Assembly (NCBI RefSeq): GCF_011386835.1
Contig: NC_088798.1
Coordinates: 2,790,001-2,854,000 of the forward strand
From: Chrysemys picta bellii
Taxonomy: Eukaryota
Reading direction: 5' to 3'
Length of the DNA stretch: 64,000 nt
Positions within the stretch are counted from its first letter, which is position 1; each line of letters starts with the position of its first letter. The position numbers and the translations under genes were made by a program. Positions 40,901-51,490 of this stretch are shown here, piece after piece. The notes beneath the pieces are model-generated. The model saw only the letters and a list, made by a program, of their open reading frames with translations. It was not told the DNA's origin and ran no database searches.

Positions 40901-43900
40901 CATCCACACACACAGTAAATTGCAGAAAGATGCCAGGCTGAGTTAGTTCCTGCTGGGAGAGAAACCTTTGGTTTCAAGGAGTCCAGGGATTTCAGACTTG
41001 ATGCCCTCCACTATCCTCACCAGAGCCCCAGCTATCTGCCTGTTCCTCTTATGCCGCATAACCTCCTTCCCACGCCTATGGCCTTTCTTTCAGGTGGTTG
41101 GAGGCATCTCTCTAGGATACTTCCATACAGCACAGCCACTTCTCTGAAGGACAGCCAGCCAGGTTACTTCCCCACGCAGCCTACAGGGGGGAAATCCTGC
41201 TCCCCTTCCTTTGGTGCAGAGGGCCTTCACTACAGTGGAATCGGTGTGATCCTGCTGCACAGAGCCCGGGGCACAATATGGGGAACTGCACAGAGGGGTC
41301 TGCACCCCAAGAGTGTCCTGGATTGGGGCTCCCTGCACCCCAGCACGCAGGAGCGAGGGCGTAGGGGCAGGGATCTGGAACAGGTGAGCTTTCCTCCGGA
41401 GGTGACGTCACACTGTCTGCGTGTGCAACAACAGGACCAGAGAAATTAACAAAGCTCGTCTAACAAAAGTCCACCCAGGACTCCAGTCTGACAGGTCGGA
41501 CCCCAGTGACCCGGAGAAGAGCTCTGGGTAAGCTCGAAAGCTTCTCTCTCTTACCAGGCAGCTGGTCCCTTGAAAGATATGACCTCATCCCTCTTGAATC
41601 TCCAATATCCTGGGACCGACAACACTGCAAACAGGTCCGACCCTACCTTCTCTTCCACCCCACGGCCTGTTAGGACCGTGTATAGCTATCCCAGAATGCC
41701 CTGCTACGGACAAACTGCCAACTCAGTGGGCAGACCTTTGTACTGATGGGCCACGGCAGTGCAGCGGGGTAGGGGGTGTTGAAATCTACATGCCAGGCTT
41801 TATGCAGGACGAATCAATTCAGTGGAAATTTACTGGCAGGACAAGCTATGCAGGCTTTGCTGCAGGGTAAGAAAAAGTCAACCCCACCGGTCTCTGCCGG
41901 AGAGGGGGTTCGATCCACCCAGGAAGCGGCTGTATGCAGGGCTTGGAGTTAGATGGGCGCTGCTTGGTTCCCCTTGTCTGGAGTAATCGGCGACACCTAG
42001 TGGGTCCTCTGGTGCATTGCGACGGCTGTGGGGCGAGGGAGGCCCGTGCCCTGGCCTCGTTCCCCATTTAAGGGTCAGACGTTTACTGAGGAAGCATTCA
42101 GGGGGCTTGGGTGACTCAGGATTCCGCCTCCAGCTCCAATCCTGCCCAGATACCAGCCTGGGTACCTCCTGGAGACTGGTCAGCAGCTTGGGCAGAACAG
42201 GTTGGTGGGTGTTAGTCCAGAGTCCAGGAGCCTGAACTCCCCCCTCGGGTCAGGGTCGAGGGTGTGTGTGGAAAGCTCGTCCTGTCGCTACCCATGTCCT
42301 GGGGAGAAGCAGGGACTTCAGTTCCCTGGGCTGTCAGGCTGGGCTCCGGGGGAGCACGTGCCGAGGGAGGCGTCCAAATGCTTTACAATGCCCGAGATGC
42401 AGGAAAGGTTCAGGAGCCGAACCGCTGGAGGGCGAGGAGGGAGCTCCTTGGGAATCAAAGCCCCAGGCACCGGGACCTGTGGTGCATCCGCTCATTCCCC
42501 AGAGCCATCAGCACAGCTGGGGCCAGGGTGTCAGTCCCAGGGCTGGAGACAAAGACCAGCCACAGCTGCGGTGCTGAAGGTAACCCGAGCCCCAAGTCAC
42601 AGTCGCTGTTTCCTCTCTCCCGGCTCTCTCTCAGCCAGGAATGGCCCTCAGCAGTGGGGTTACCAGAGACCCCACTACGCCACCCCCAAATCCATGACTC
42701 CCTGGGCTGGTGGGACGGTGATTCTACCTGGCGGTCCTGGTTCCGCACTTGCCTCTCCTCCCCCACCCTGCAGTCATCTCTCACCCCTTCTTTCTCTCCT
42801 TCTGCTCCCAGCGCTTCCCTTCTCCCCTTGCCCCTCCCTCAGTTCTCATGCCCTCCCCCTTGACTCTCTGCCATGAGTCCATGACGCCTCCTTATGGCAA
42901 GGCTCAGAGGGCCTGGCAGCCCCAAGGCACAACAGGTGGAGGGAATTTTGACGGCAGGTCCACGCAGAATGTCTCTGATACACAACCCGGCCTGTGTCTT
43001 CAGGCCCTCAGCAGAGGTGCTGCCCATACAAGCTAGCGTTCAAATGAGGACCTGGGGATTTCCCCCAGGCTGCCCCTCGTGCTTAGGAGGAGCTCCCTGG
43101 AAACAGCTGCAAAACAAACTCATTCTCCCCCTTTAAGTCCCTCCCAGCTCTCCATTGCCATGATGCCTACGGACGACAGCTAATTCGCTGGTGTGCGGGG
43201 AGCCCTGCCTGTCACACGGGCCAGTGTTTCCTTTGTTCACCTGTTCCCCACCTGATGGCTCTTGGCTTACATTGTAAGCTCTCTGGGGCAGGGGCCGCCC
43301 CTTTGCTCTGCGTCTGTACAGCGCCTAGCACCATGGGGTCCCAGTCCTAGGCGCTACGGTAACGTGCATAGGAATAATACTGTATGCTGGAGACATTACA
43401 GGGCCCCGGGCTCCGTTCCCTGCCATTGTGCGGGACAGGAAACGGCAGCACTTTGGCCCGTGTTCCGGTTACCGTCAGTTGGTCTGAGCAGGGCTGGAAC
43501 AATGAACAATCTCTGCTTATCAGCCACGCCATCCCCAGCGGAACTCCTGCTCAGCCCGACACTCCCTGGGCCCTTCCTGGCCACTGCCCGTGACGTCGGC
43601 TTTACCTCCCCGCCCTGCTCTCCTTAAAGGCCCAGGCCTGGTTTTTAACCAAGAGCCTTGTACGGCTTAAACCCTGAGCAGGCCTGTTCTGGAAGCCGGG
43701 GTGACGAGGGCTCGGTCGTTCGATGTGGGAAAACGGGGCTCTGGTCCCAGCTGTGGGAAGGACTCTTGTGAGGGGGTCTCACGAGGGACCGTGTGTTGCT
43801 CAGCTAGTTAAGAGGCAGTGTGCATGGGGTGTGTGCATTTGTGTGTGCGCCTGGGGGGGTGGATGGCTCAGGGGACCAGGATGGGATGCAGAGACCTTCA

Positions 43901-46900
43901 CCTCCAACTCCAGTCCAGTCTGAGGCTGGGGGACATGGCATTTAGGCCGGGGGTCCCGGGGGTCTTTCACCACTAGGTGGCTTGTTCCAATCCAGCACAG
44001 GCCAATTGGCAATAACACCCCCTACCCCTCGCTGGTAGCCCCAGCAAAAGGCCAAGGAGAGCAACTGACGCTGTCACGGCTGGAGGGAGCCCACTTGCCG
44101 ATGCCCTGGCTGTACCTGGCCATGGATACCCCGAGACCCCCGGGCTGCCAGCGGAGCACCTTTCACCGGCAGGAAATTCACACTGAAAGCAGCCGTGGGG
44201 ATGGGCTCCAAAAGGGGACCCTGAGCTGCCTTCCTGGTGTTTTCCCCGCCCTGTCCTGCCCCTAAGAGAACCAGGCCCCATGGCCCAGCGCTGCTCTCTT
44301 CCTCTCTGGGCTGGATCTCGCAGGCTGTGACACAAATCTGTCAAAACTGAGGCTCTCCCAGGAAATGTGGGGCCCAGGGCAGCCTGTTAGCAGCTTTTCA
44401 AGGCGAGGCGCTTTCCCGGGAGGGGAGGGGAGAGCCAGCGGCAGCGCTGGAAGCCCTCTCAGCCACAAGGCATGTCCCTTTCATTGCACTGGCTTTCTGT
44501 TTGCTATAGTGACACTGTTGTGCTTTGGCGAGGCCTGTCCCCTGGCAACGGCCCAGGGCCGAGCACTGGATGTGATCACCTGAACGGGGCACTGTGCCGG
44601 CAGGACTGGTCACCCAGCTCAGCCGACAGAGCTAAGCCTGGCCCCTGGGATGCCAACTGCGCACCGGCCCTGCCTCGAAACATTTGTTTTCTGTGACTGT
44701 CCCAAACACGCGCTCTGTGCAGCTGGCACCTGGCAATGGTAGAGGCTGGTGCTGTGGCTTTCCAAGCAGTTACCGGCAACAAACTTCAGCCTTAACTCGC
44801 ATCCCCCCATCCCCAGTTCACTCAAGGGAGACTGCGTTACACGGCGGGGGAGATGTTTCTCGGCTGAGGCCTCCAAACTCGTTTCACTGGTGATACAAAG
44901 CAGACCTCCTGAAGGAAGGCTTTAGAACGCACCGGATACCGCAGGGAAATGGACGGGAGAAAGGTGCTTGTTACTGAGGGTCTGGTCAGACCATCTGGGC
45001 AGCCCTCCCCCGATCTTCTGTGACGCCGAGCGGCAGCTCAGCCTGGTTAGCAGCTTTCACCGAGGCCCCGCACCTAGTTTTAGTTCCTCTCTGAGCCCTG
45101 CTCATGAGAAGCCTGGAACTGCTATCCCCTCTCCTAGAGCCCAGGGACACCCCTGCCAATTCAACTCTCCCCCCATGCGTGGCACAGAGTGGCACACACA
45201 CCCAGCAGGGTCCTGGATGGCAGCAGCTACAAGCAGCTCGCTGACACAGCAGGAGAGAGTCCAGCAGCAACGGGGTATCCAGCCCGAGTGCAGCTGGACC
45301 CCAGCTCATGGTGATCAGCACAACTCCTGCTCTGTTCACAGTCCCTTCTGTCTCTGTAGGCCCCGTGTGGGGCTGTGTGCCACCGCTCCCCAGCACAGCC
45401 AGCCAGAGCAGGGGGAGTGGAGCCGGCTCCTGGTACCTTCCCTCCTGCCTCTGAAGCACCAACTGGAACTCCCACTCGCTCTGTGCAACTGCAGAACCGG
45501 CCCGTTCCCCTTGGCTGGTTACAGCATGCTGCGCTGCTGCTCCTCTCTCGGATCCCGGGGGGCCTGGGCGCTGAGCTGAGGAAAGCACTTCTTGCACTTA
45601 CTTTTCACTGCATCCCCTTCCCCCCCAGGCGCGCACCCATTGTTACAGAGGCTCTAGAGAAAACGTGGATCCTGGGTTCACACCAGTGTAGCTGAGAGCA
45701 GCGTTTGCCCGACTCGTGCATGGGTACACATGGAAAATCATTAAGGCGGTCACCCGGTTAGCGTCCGATTTCACAGACTCTGGGCAAGATTTTCAACAGT
45801 GACTAGGCCAGGGGTTCAGAGCCGGCCTTAGGGAAAACGGTGCCCCTGGCTCTTGGGCTCCCCTGCCCGTCACCCCCGGCCCCTGCTGGCTCCCTCATCG
45901 CCCCCAGGCTCTGCTGCCACCCCCACACATTGCCTCGAACTTCTTTCTGTGGCCTCGGAGCCCAGGCCTGCCCTATTTCTTGCCTCTTGACCACAGTGCC
46001 GTAAGGCCAGCCCAAACCTGTCGCCAGCATGACCCTGTTGCAATTCATTATTTCCTCCCGAGACCCCAGACACCATGGAGGACGCCATTTTGTAGAGCAG
46101 AATGGTCTCCTCCGTGCGCTGTGGTCTCACATGGATGGTGCGTGCGAGGTCACAAAATGGCGTCCTCCATACATGAGGGGCCGCCGCCACCCCATCTGCT
46201 GGTGGCACACTCTGGGAACTGCTGGACTCGTGATTTGGGCACCTAACTTGCAATTTCTTTGGAAGGGGCCAGTTTTTCACAGGGGCTGCTCAGCGCTTCC
46301 TGAGAAATAGGCCCCCTGAGGGGTTTCAGCTTGGGTCCCCAAAATCACTAGCCCCTTTGGAAAATCTGGGCCTCTGACAGCTCCATTCTTGCAGCCCGAA
46401 AGTCCCACATCCCTTTTCAGCCAGGATGCACTTTGCACGTCGCCAGCACCTTCCACCCAAGGGTCTCGAGGCACCTGACAAACATTCGCGAATTTAGCTT
46501 CAAATCCGCCTGTGACGTAGGAAATGAACAGACTTCCCACGTTCCTGGAGACTTGCTCCAAGTTACAAAATGAGTCAGCGGCAGAAGTGGGAGTGGGGCT
46601 TCATTTGTAATGAAAGAGGTGCCGGGGGCTCAAGCAATTTTTTGTTTTTACATTCATAACTGATGCAGCAAGTCCAGGGGCTCTGAACCGCCAGGCCCAG
46701 AGGTGCCGGGCTATGAACCCCCAGGCCCAGAGGTGCTGGGCCCTGGCACAAATTAAACCCCGCTGACGATCAGGAACGATTTTTTCCCATCTCCTCCCTA
46801 GCAGCAAACTACCCCCCGCTGGCCTGGGGCACTGAAGTCGGTATTGACGCCGGAGGAAGAGCGCCCCCTATTGAGACACCAGCCCAAACGCTGGGGCACC

Positions 46901-47261
46901 CGAGTGCCCAAGGGGGCCGTGCTGGGAAGGCAGGTGGTGCTCGGCTTGGGCAGGGGGCGCGGAGCGGACTCCCGGCCAGGGTGGCACGGGGGAGAGGGGG
47001 CTCCGCGCCGGGCTGCTGGAGGGACCCGGTGGCCCCTGCGAATGGAGCCCGGGGAACGCAGGCCCCTGCCCCGGGAGACCCAGCCAAGCCCCAGCGCACC
47101 CGCTCCCCGGCAGCCTGGCCCGAGCCAGTCCGCGCCCGCGGAGCCCCAGGCGGCGCGCAGTTCCCAGGCAGCCGGGGGAGATGGGGCTGGAGGGAGGCGG
47201 ACCCCGGTCCCGGGACAGAGCCCCCGGGCGGCCCTCACTCACCTCCCGCGGCGGGTCCCAT
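37971..47261 (-). CDS. Uncharacterised type-I transmembrane leucine-rich-repeat protein, 421 aa; coding exons 47243-47261 and 37971-39217
   Basis: The 1247-nt exon is open throughout and has a strong polypyrimidine-TAG acceptor at 39218. A phase-1 donor (ATGGGACCCGCCGCGGGAG|GTGAGT) in a CpG island supplies the start. Product: signal peptide MGPAAGGRELWAFILWAGLLLTTQLALG, Cys N-cap, ~5 LxxLxLxxNxL repeats, LRRCT (NSWDCTC...C.TP), TM ALFICLPLVVVLALVAWCFC, basic stop-transfer RQKRK and an acidic tail. The exon 1 join is inferred. Confidence 0.88.
39349..39782. mobile_element. hAT-like non-autonomous DNA transposon in LRR-gene intron
   Basis: TIRs CCGGGGTGGCCAACCTG / CAGGTTGGCCACCCCTG; flanked by direct repeat CGTTTAATG. 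Confidence 0.88.
41511..41630 (+). mobile_element. Second Penelope-like family terminal fragment
   Basis: GAAGAGCTCTGGGTAAGCTCGAAAGCTT...AAAGATATGACCTCA...TCCTGGGACC; related copy at ~52898-53030. Confidence 0.6.
43262..43382 (+). mobile_element. L2-like LINE 3' end
   Basis: TTGTAAGCTCTCTGGGGCAGGG...TGTACAGCGCCTAGCAC...TAGGCGCTAC...AATAATA tail; similar tail at ~7640-7727. Confidence 0.55.
46266..46372. mobile_element. Short GGGCC-ended palindromic element
   Basis: Ends GGGCCAGTTTTTCACAGG / CCTTTGGAAAATCTGGGCC; same end design as 26166-26265. Confidence 0.5.
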
Positions 47262-47450
47262 CCTCCCGCGGGGGCTCTCCGGGGAGCCGAGCGGCGGGGC
47301 CCCGTCTCAGGTGTCCATGCCGGGCTGCGCTCCGCGCTCGCTCGGGCCGGCCCTCCCGGGGTGTGGCTCCGCCTCGGCTCGGGCCGCCTGCGGAACAGAG
47401 GCAAGTAACTCCCCGCCCTCCGGGATTTCCCCGTCCCGTGCCCCAGAGCT
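46800..47450 (-). promoter_or_regulatory. CpG island / promoter and exon 1 of the LRR gene
   Basis: Dense CpG, GC-rich region containing the in-phase ATG and splice donor. Confidence 0.7.
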
Positions 47451-49003
47451 AGCCCCCTTCTCCTTCCCAGCCGCCCCTCTCCAGCCCCTTCTCCGCACTC
47501 CCCTTCTCCTCCCTAACCCTTCTCCCATCTAGCCTCCCCATATCCCCCCCTCAGTCCCCAGCACCCCCGGGATGCAGTCTTCCTCTGGTTCCCCAGCCCC
47601 TCAATATCCAGCCCCCTCCCTAATCCACAGCCCCACCACCCTCCTTTTTCAACCCCCCCATATCTTGCACCCTTTTTTCTTCCCAGCCCCCAGCATTCTC
47701 CTCTTCCAGCCCCCCCCCCCCGAATGCCTCAACTTCAGCCTCCAGCCCCCCAACTCTCCAGCCTCTCTCCCGCCAGCCCCCAGGGCCCTGCTAGGCACCT
47801 GGCTGAAGTCCCCCACCCCCTGTGGATGGTGGGAAGCAGCTGTGTGTGTTTCTGTGGGTCTGTTTCCCCTTCAGTGGAAACCCGCCTGGAGACACCAGCC
47901 CAGGCAACGCGCACAACTCCGTGACTGAGAGTGTGTGTAAAAACAGGAGCCCTGGAGAGAATCTGCCCCGGGGAGGCTAACTAACCCCCGGGGCCCCGCT
48001 GCCGTCTCTGTGTACACTGGTGTTCCTGTGCAAAGGGCCGTAACTAGGAACGATTAGGGTGGAATTGAGCAGGGGAACACTTACGCTGGGGCTTTGGGGT
48101 GTGGCAATAGCGGCCCTGTGGGAGGGCCTGGCTGGGACCCCATCACTTGGGATGGACCAACTGGATGGAGCACTTGTAATTGGGCTGTAGGGCCAGGAGG
48201 AGCTCCGAGGGGGGTTATCCATCTCTAGTTCCCTCCATTCCTGGTTCTGGGAAATGCAGGGGGGCAGGATCGGACTGGCTGCTGACCCAAGGGGTGTCCT
48301 TCTGTCTGTGGCCGTGATCCTGCAAACACCCACTTGCTTAACTTGGTGCACACGAGTATTTCTGTTGAGTTCAGTGGCACTAAGGCCTGAGTGGTATTTA
48401 GGTGCTGAGTGAAGAGAGTTAGGCCTTGTGAGGATCTGGGCCTAACTCCTGTGGGTAAAGTTAAAAGTGAATGTAAACGCTTGCCGGATCGGGGCCAAAT
48501 AGATCAAAGATTCTTCCTCCCGTTGTGTCTCTTGTGAATGTTCTTTTTCCCAGTACAAGCGAAAGCCCAGGGGCACTTGAAACCAGAGAGATAAAAGAGC
48601 CCCAGGCTGAGGAAACAAAGCAGAACAATAAGGAAAATTATTAATCCGTAATACTGAGGCTTGGCAACTAACATCTTTGAAACATCGGCCATGCTAACGA
48701 ATAAATCCTTGCTCCAGCAAGTCATAGAATGTTGATTCCCACCATGACTCTGGGTGGAGGCAGATAAAAATGACCATACAGCTAGGTAAACTGAGGCTCG
48801 GGGTGCCCCAGCGCCCTCAACCTTAAACCATCCTTTAAACCTGTGCAAAGTTTGTGCATCAAACCAGTAGCGTTTGACACCCACTTTGCACATACGTAAG
48901 TGACTGTGCAAGACTGGAGGGAATCAGATCTCGGTTGACTAGCCGGGGAGTGAGTGTGTGATGGAGCCCGTATAATACTGGTGTGGGTCTGACTGTACTC
49001 ACA

Positions 49004-49256
49004 GGCCTTGTCTGTACTTGAAAACACTGCCGCTGTCGCTGCACCTTCAAAATCCGGCTAGTGTAGCCACAGTTATACCAGCACAAAGGAGCTTTTGTTG
49101 GCACCGCTCATCCCAGTTTGAAATCAGACGAAAGCAGGTTTTTGCCAGTATAACTGCGTCTACACGAGGGCTTTTGCCGGCCCAGCTACATCATAAAAAC
49201 GATGGGACCCCAACCAGCACCGCATGCCGGCAAAACTTTTAAGTGTAGACCTGCCC
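49004..49256. mobile_element. PIF/Harbinger-like MITE
   Basis: Ends GGCCTTGTCTGTACT / AGTGTAGACCTGCCC, with internal GTCTACAC/GTGTAG repeats. Confidence 0.6.
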
Positions 49257-49468
49257 TAGCGTGAGATCTGTATCTGAGCATGCTCAGTGCAAGCTAAATG
49301 TTTCCAGAAGCCTGAGGAGACTTGGGGTGAGCTGAATGCTTCTACAGCTACTAATAAATGTATTCGGCCTTTTCTCCAACCCCTCTGCCTCCTGAGCTCC
49401 TAGTAAGCCTGCCAGAGATCACAGAACATGCCTGGAATAAACGGTGCCGTAAGATGTGCTGAGAGGTT

Positions 49469-49593
49469 GTTTCAGAGTAGCAACCATGTTAGTCTGTATC
49501 CGCAAAAAGAACAGGAGGACTTGTGGCACCTTAGAGACTAACACATTTATTAGAGCATAAGCTTTCGTGGGCTACAGCCCACTTCTTCGGATG
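49469..49593 (-). mobile_element. Penelope-like terminal fragment with hammerhead-like motif
   Basis: Same family as 33.5 kb; minus strand CATCCGAAGAAGTGGGCTGTAGCCCACGAAAGCTTATGCTC. Confidence 0.78.
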
Positions 49594-50544
49594 GCTCATC
49601 ATTTAAGACAAAGGTAGGTAGGGGCCAATATTTTAAAGGATTTATTTCTTTGCTTTTCTCACCTGACGTATGTGAGGTACCCCTGCAAGTTGTAATAGTA
49701 TTTAGCGCTTACGCTGGTTTGTTCGTCTTTTGAGCTTTTTACGATTAAAGGAATGTAACCCACTTAAAAAGGTGCAGTACCTGGAGATTTTGTTCCGTGT
49801 GTGCAGTGGGGCCATGGTCCATGGCTTCCCCCTCACTGCTGTTACAAGTGACAGCTAAGATCGCTATAACTGAAAGAGGTTGGGGGGGGAGGCAGAATCT
49901 CTCAGTTTTCCAGTGTGTTAGCTTTGTACATTGCCCTCGTGTTGGGTCTATTCAGTTTCACGGTTTCCTTTGCAGAGGCAGGTGGTTTGTCAGTTTCCCG
50001 TCTTGTCTGCATGGTTCTTTCTCACAGCAGTGAGGGTGAGAAAAACACTTTTGAAAAACAGGAAAATGTGGTTGTCAAGCCGCAGAAATTGGCAGGGAGA
50101 CCCCGGTCTCAAAACGGCGTTTAACTCATGTTTGAAAAGGGACTAGGTTTCATTACTGTAAGGAGTCCACTGGAGTCCCCCCCGCCTGCCTTTCCAGTGT
50201 TACTTCTCTTCCCGTTGCCTGAATGACCCTGTGCCTGTCCCCACGAGACTCTGCCGACACACCCGGAGCGATCCCCTCGTGAGCTCAGGTGGGTCAGCAG
50301 CGAGAGCTGAGTGCAGCAGATGAGCAACGGGCCTCGTGAAAAGGCAGCCGGGCTCTGTCTGCAGCAGGCAGCAAACAAAACAAACTCCATAGCAACAAAA
50401 GGCCGAGCGTGCCTGACTGGGGATTTCAGAGCGGGTGAAACAGAAACAGACACAGTTCCTTGTTGGGTGTGATGCAGGGAACGAGTGTTTGAAGGTTACA
50501 GGAAGAGGGTGCAGAGAGGAAGGGTGGTGCATGAGGTAGGGCGC

Positions 50545-50720
50545 TAGTGTGGGAAACCTGGTTTCAAGTCTCTGCTCTGCTACAGTCTCCCTGTGTGACC
50601 CAGGGCATGTCCCTTAGTCTCTGTTCTCCATCTGTACAACGAGGTCATAGCCCTGCCCTCCCTCCCAGGGGTCTTGCGAGGGTAAGAACACTACATTGTG
50701 AGGGGCTCAGATATTATGGA
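50545..50720 (+). mobile_element. MIR/CORE-SINE
   Basis: CTGTGTGACCCAGGGCATGTC...CTCCATCTGTACAA. Confidence 0.6.
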
Positions 50721-50857
50721 GAAGGGGACCAGACAAGGACTGCAGATGGACGGCTTTTGCTATGCAATACTCAGTGCTGGAAGCAGAGAGGCCTTCCCCA
50801 CAGCCCTGCAAACGTGGTCTAGTGGTCAGAGCCTGGCTGGGACTCCAGACCCTGGGT

Positions 50858-51490
50858 ATTTCTAGAGTTTAAGGCTAGAAGGGACCATTCAGATCATCCC
50901 GCCTGACCTCCTTGACAACACAGAGCTTAGAGCCTCGCCCAGCGATCCCGGCAGCGCGCGCACGCGACATGCGGTTGAGCTATCGCGGATCTTTTAGAAC
51001 AATATCTGGGTTTGATTTAAAGAATTAAAATGACAGAGACTCCTCCCCACCCTGAGGTCAGCTGTTCTGATGGCTAATTCCCATCACTGTTAGAAATCAG
51101 GCCTTATTTCTAGTCTGAATTTGTCTAGCTTCAGCTTCCAGCCACCGGATCTCGTTCTGCCTTTTCCTGCTAGGTTAAAGAGCCCTCGGCTGTCTCAGAA
51201 ATCTCCTCCCCTCTGAGGTACTTGTAGACCATGAGTAAGTCCCCTCTTAATTTTTTGGGGATTAGATTGAGTTTCTTCAGACCCTCATTGGAAGGCAGGT
51301 TTTCCAGACCTCAGATTGTCCTTGTAGCTGTTTCCTGAACCCTTTCCAATTGGTTCCCATCCTTTCTGAAGTGCGGATACCAGAGCTGGATGCAACAGCC
51401 AGTAATGGCCTCGCTGATGCTGTATCCGGAGGTGATGCCCACCCCTCTACTCTACCTGATTGGCCATTCCCAGCTCTGTCGCTGGGTGAC
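50858..51490 (-). mobile_element. Old CR1 LINE 3' fragment
   Basis: TCTAGTCTGAATTTGTCTAGCTTCAGCTTCCAGCCA...GGTACTTGTAGACC...CTTCAGACCCTCATTGGAAGGCAGGTTTTCCAG; antisense of the CR1 ORF2 3' region. Confidence 0.75.

Noticed and set aside
47399-47406. AG|GCAAGT as GC donor of a divergent plus-strand lncRNA
   Set aside because: Single motif with no identifiable downstream exon.
46798-47532. Several 150-200 aa Pro/Arg/Gly ORFs
   Set aside because: CpG-island composition artefacts.
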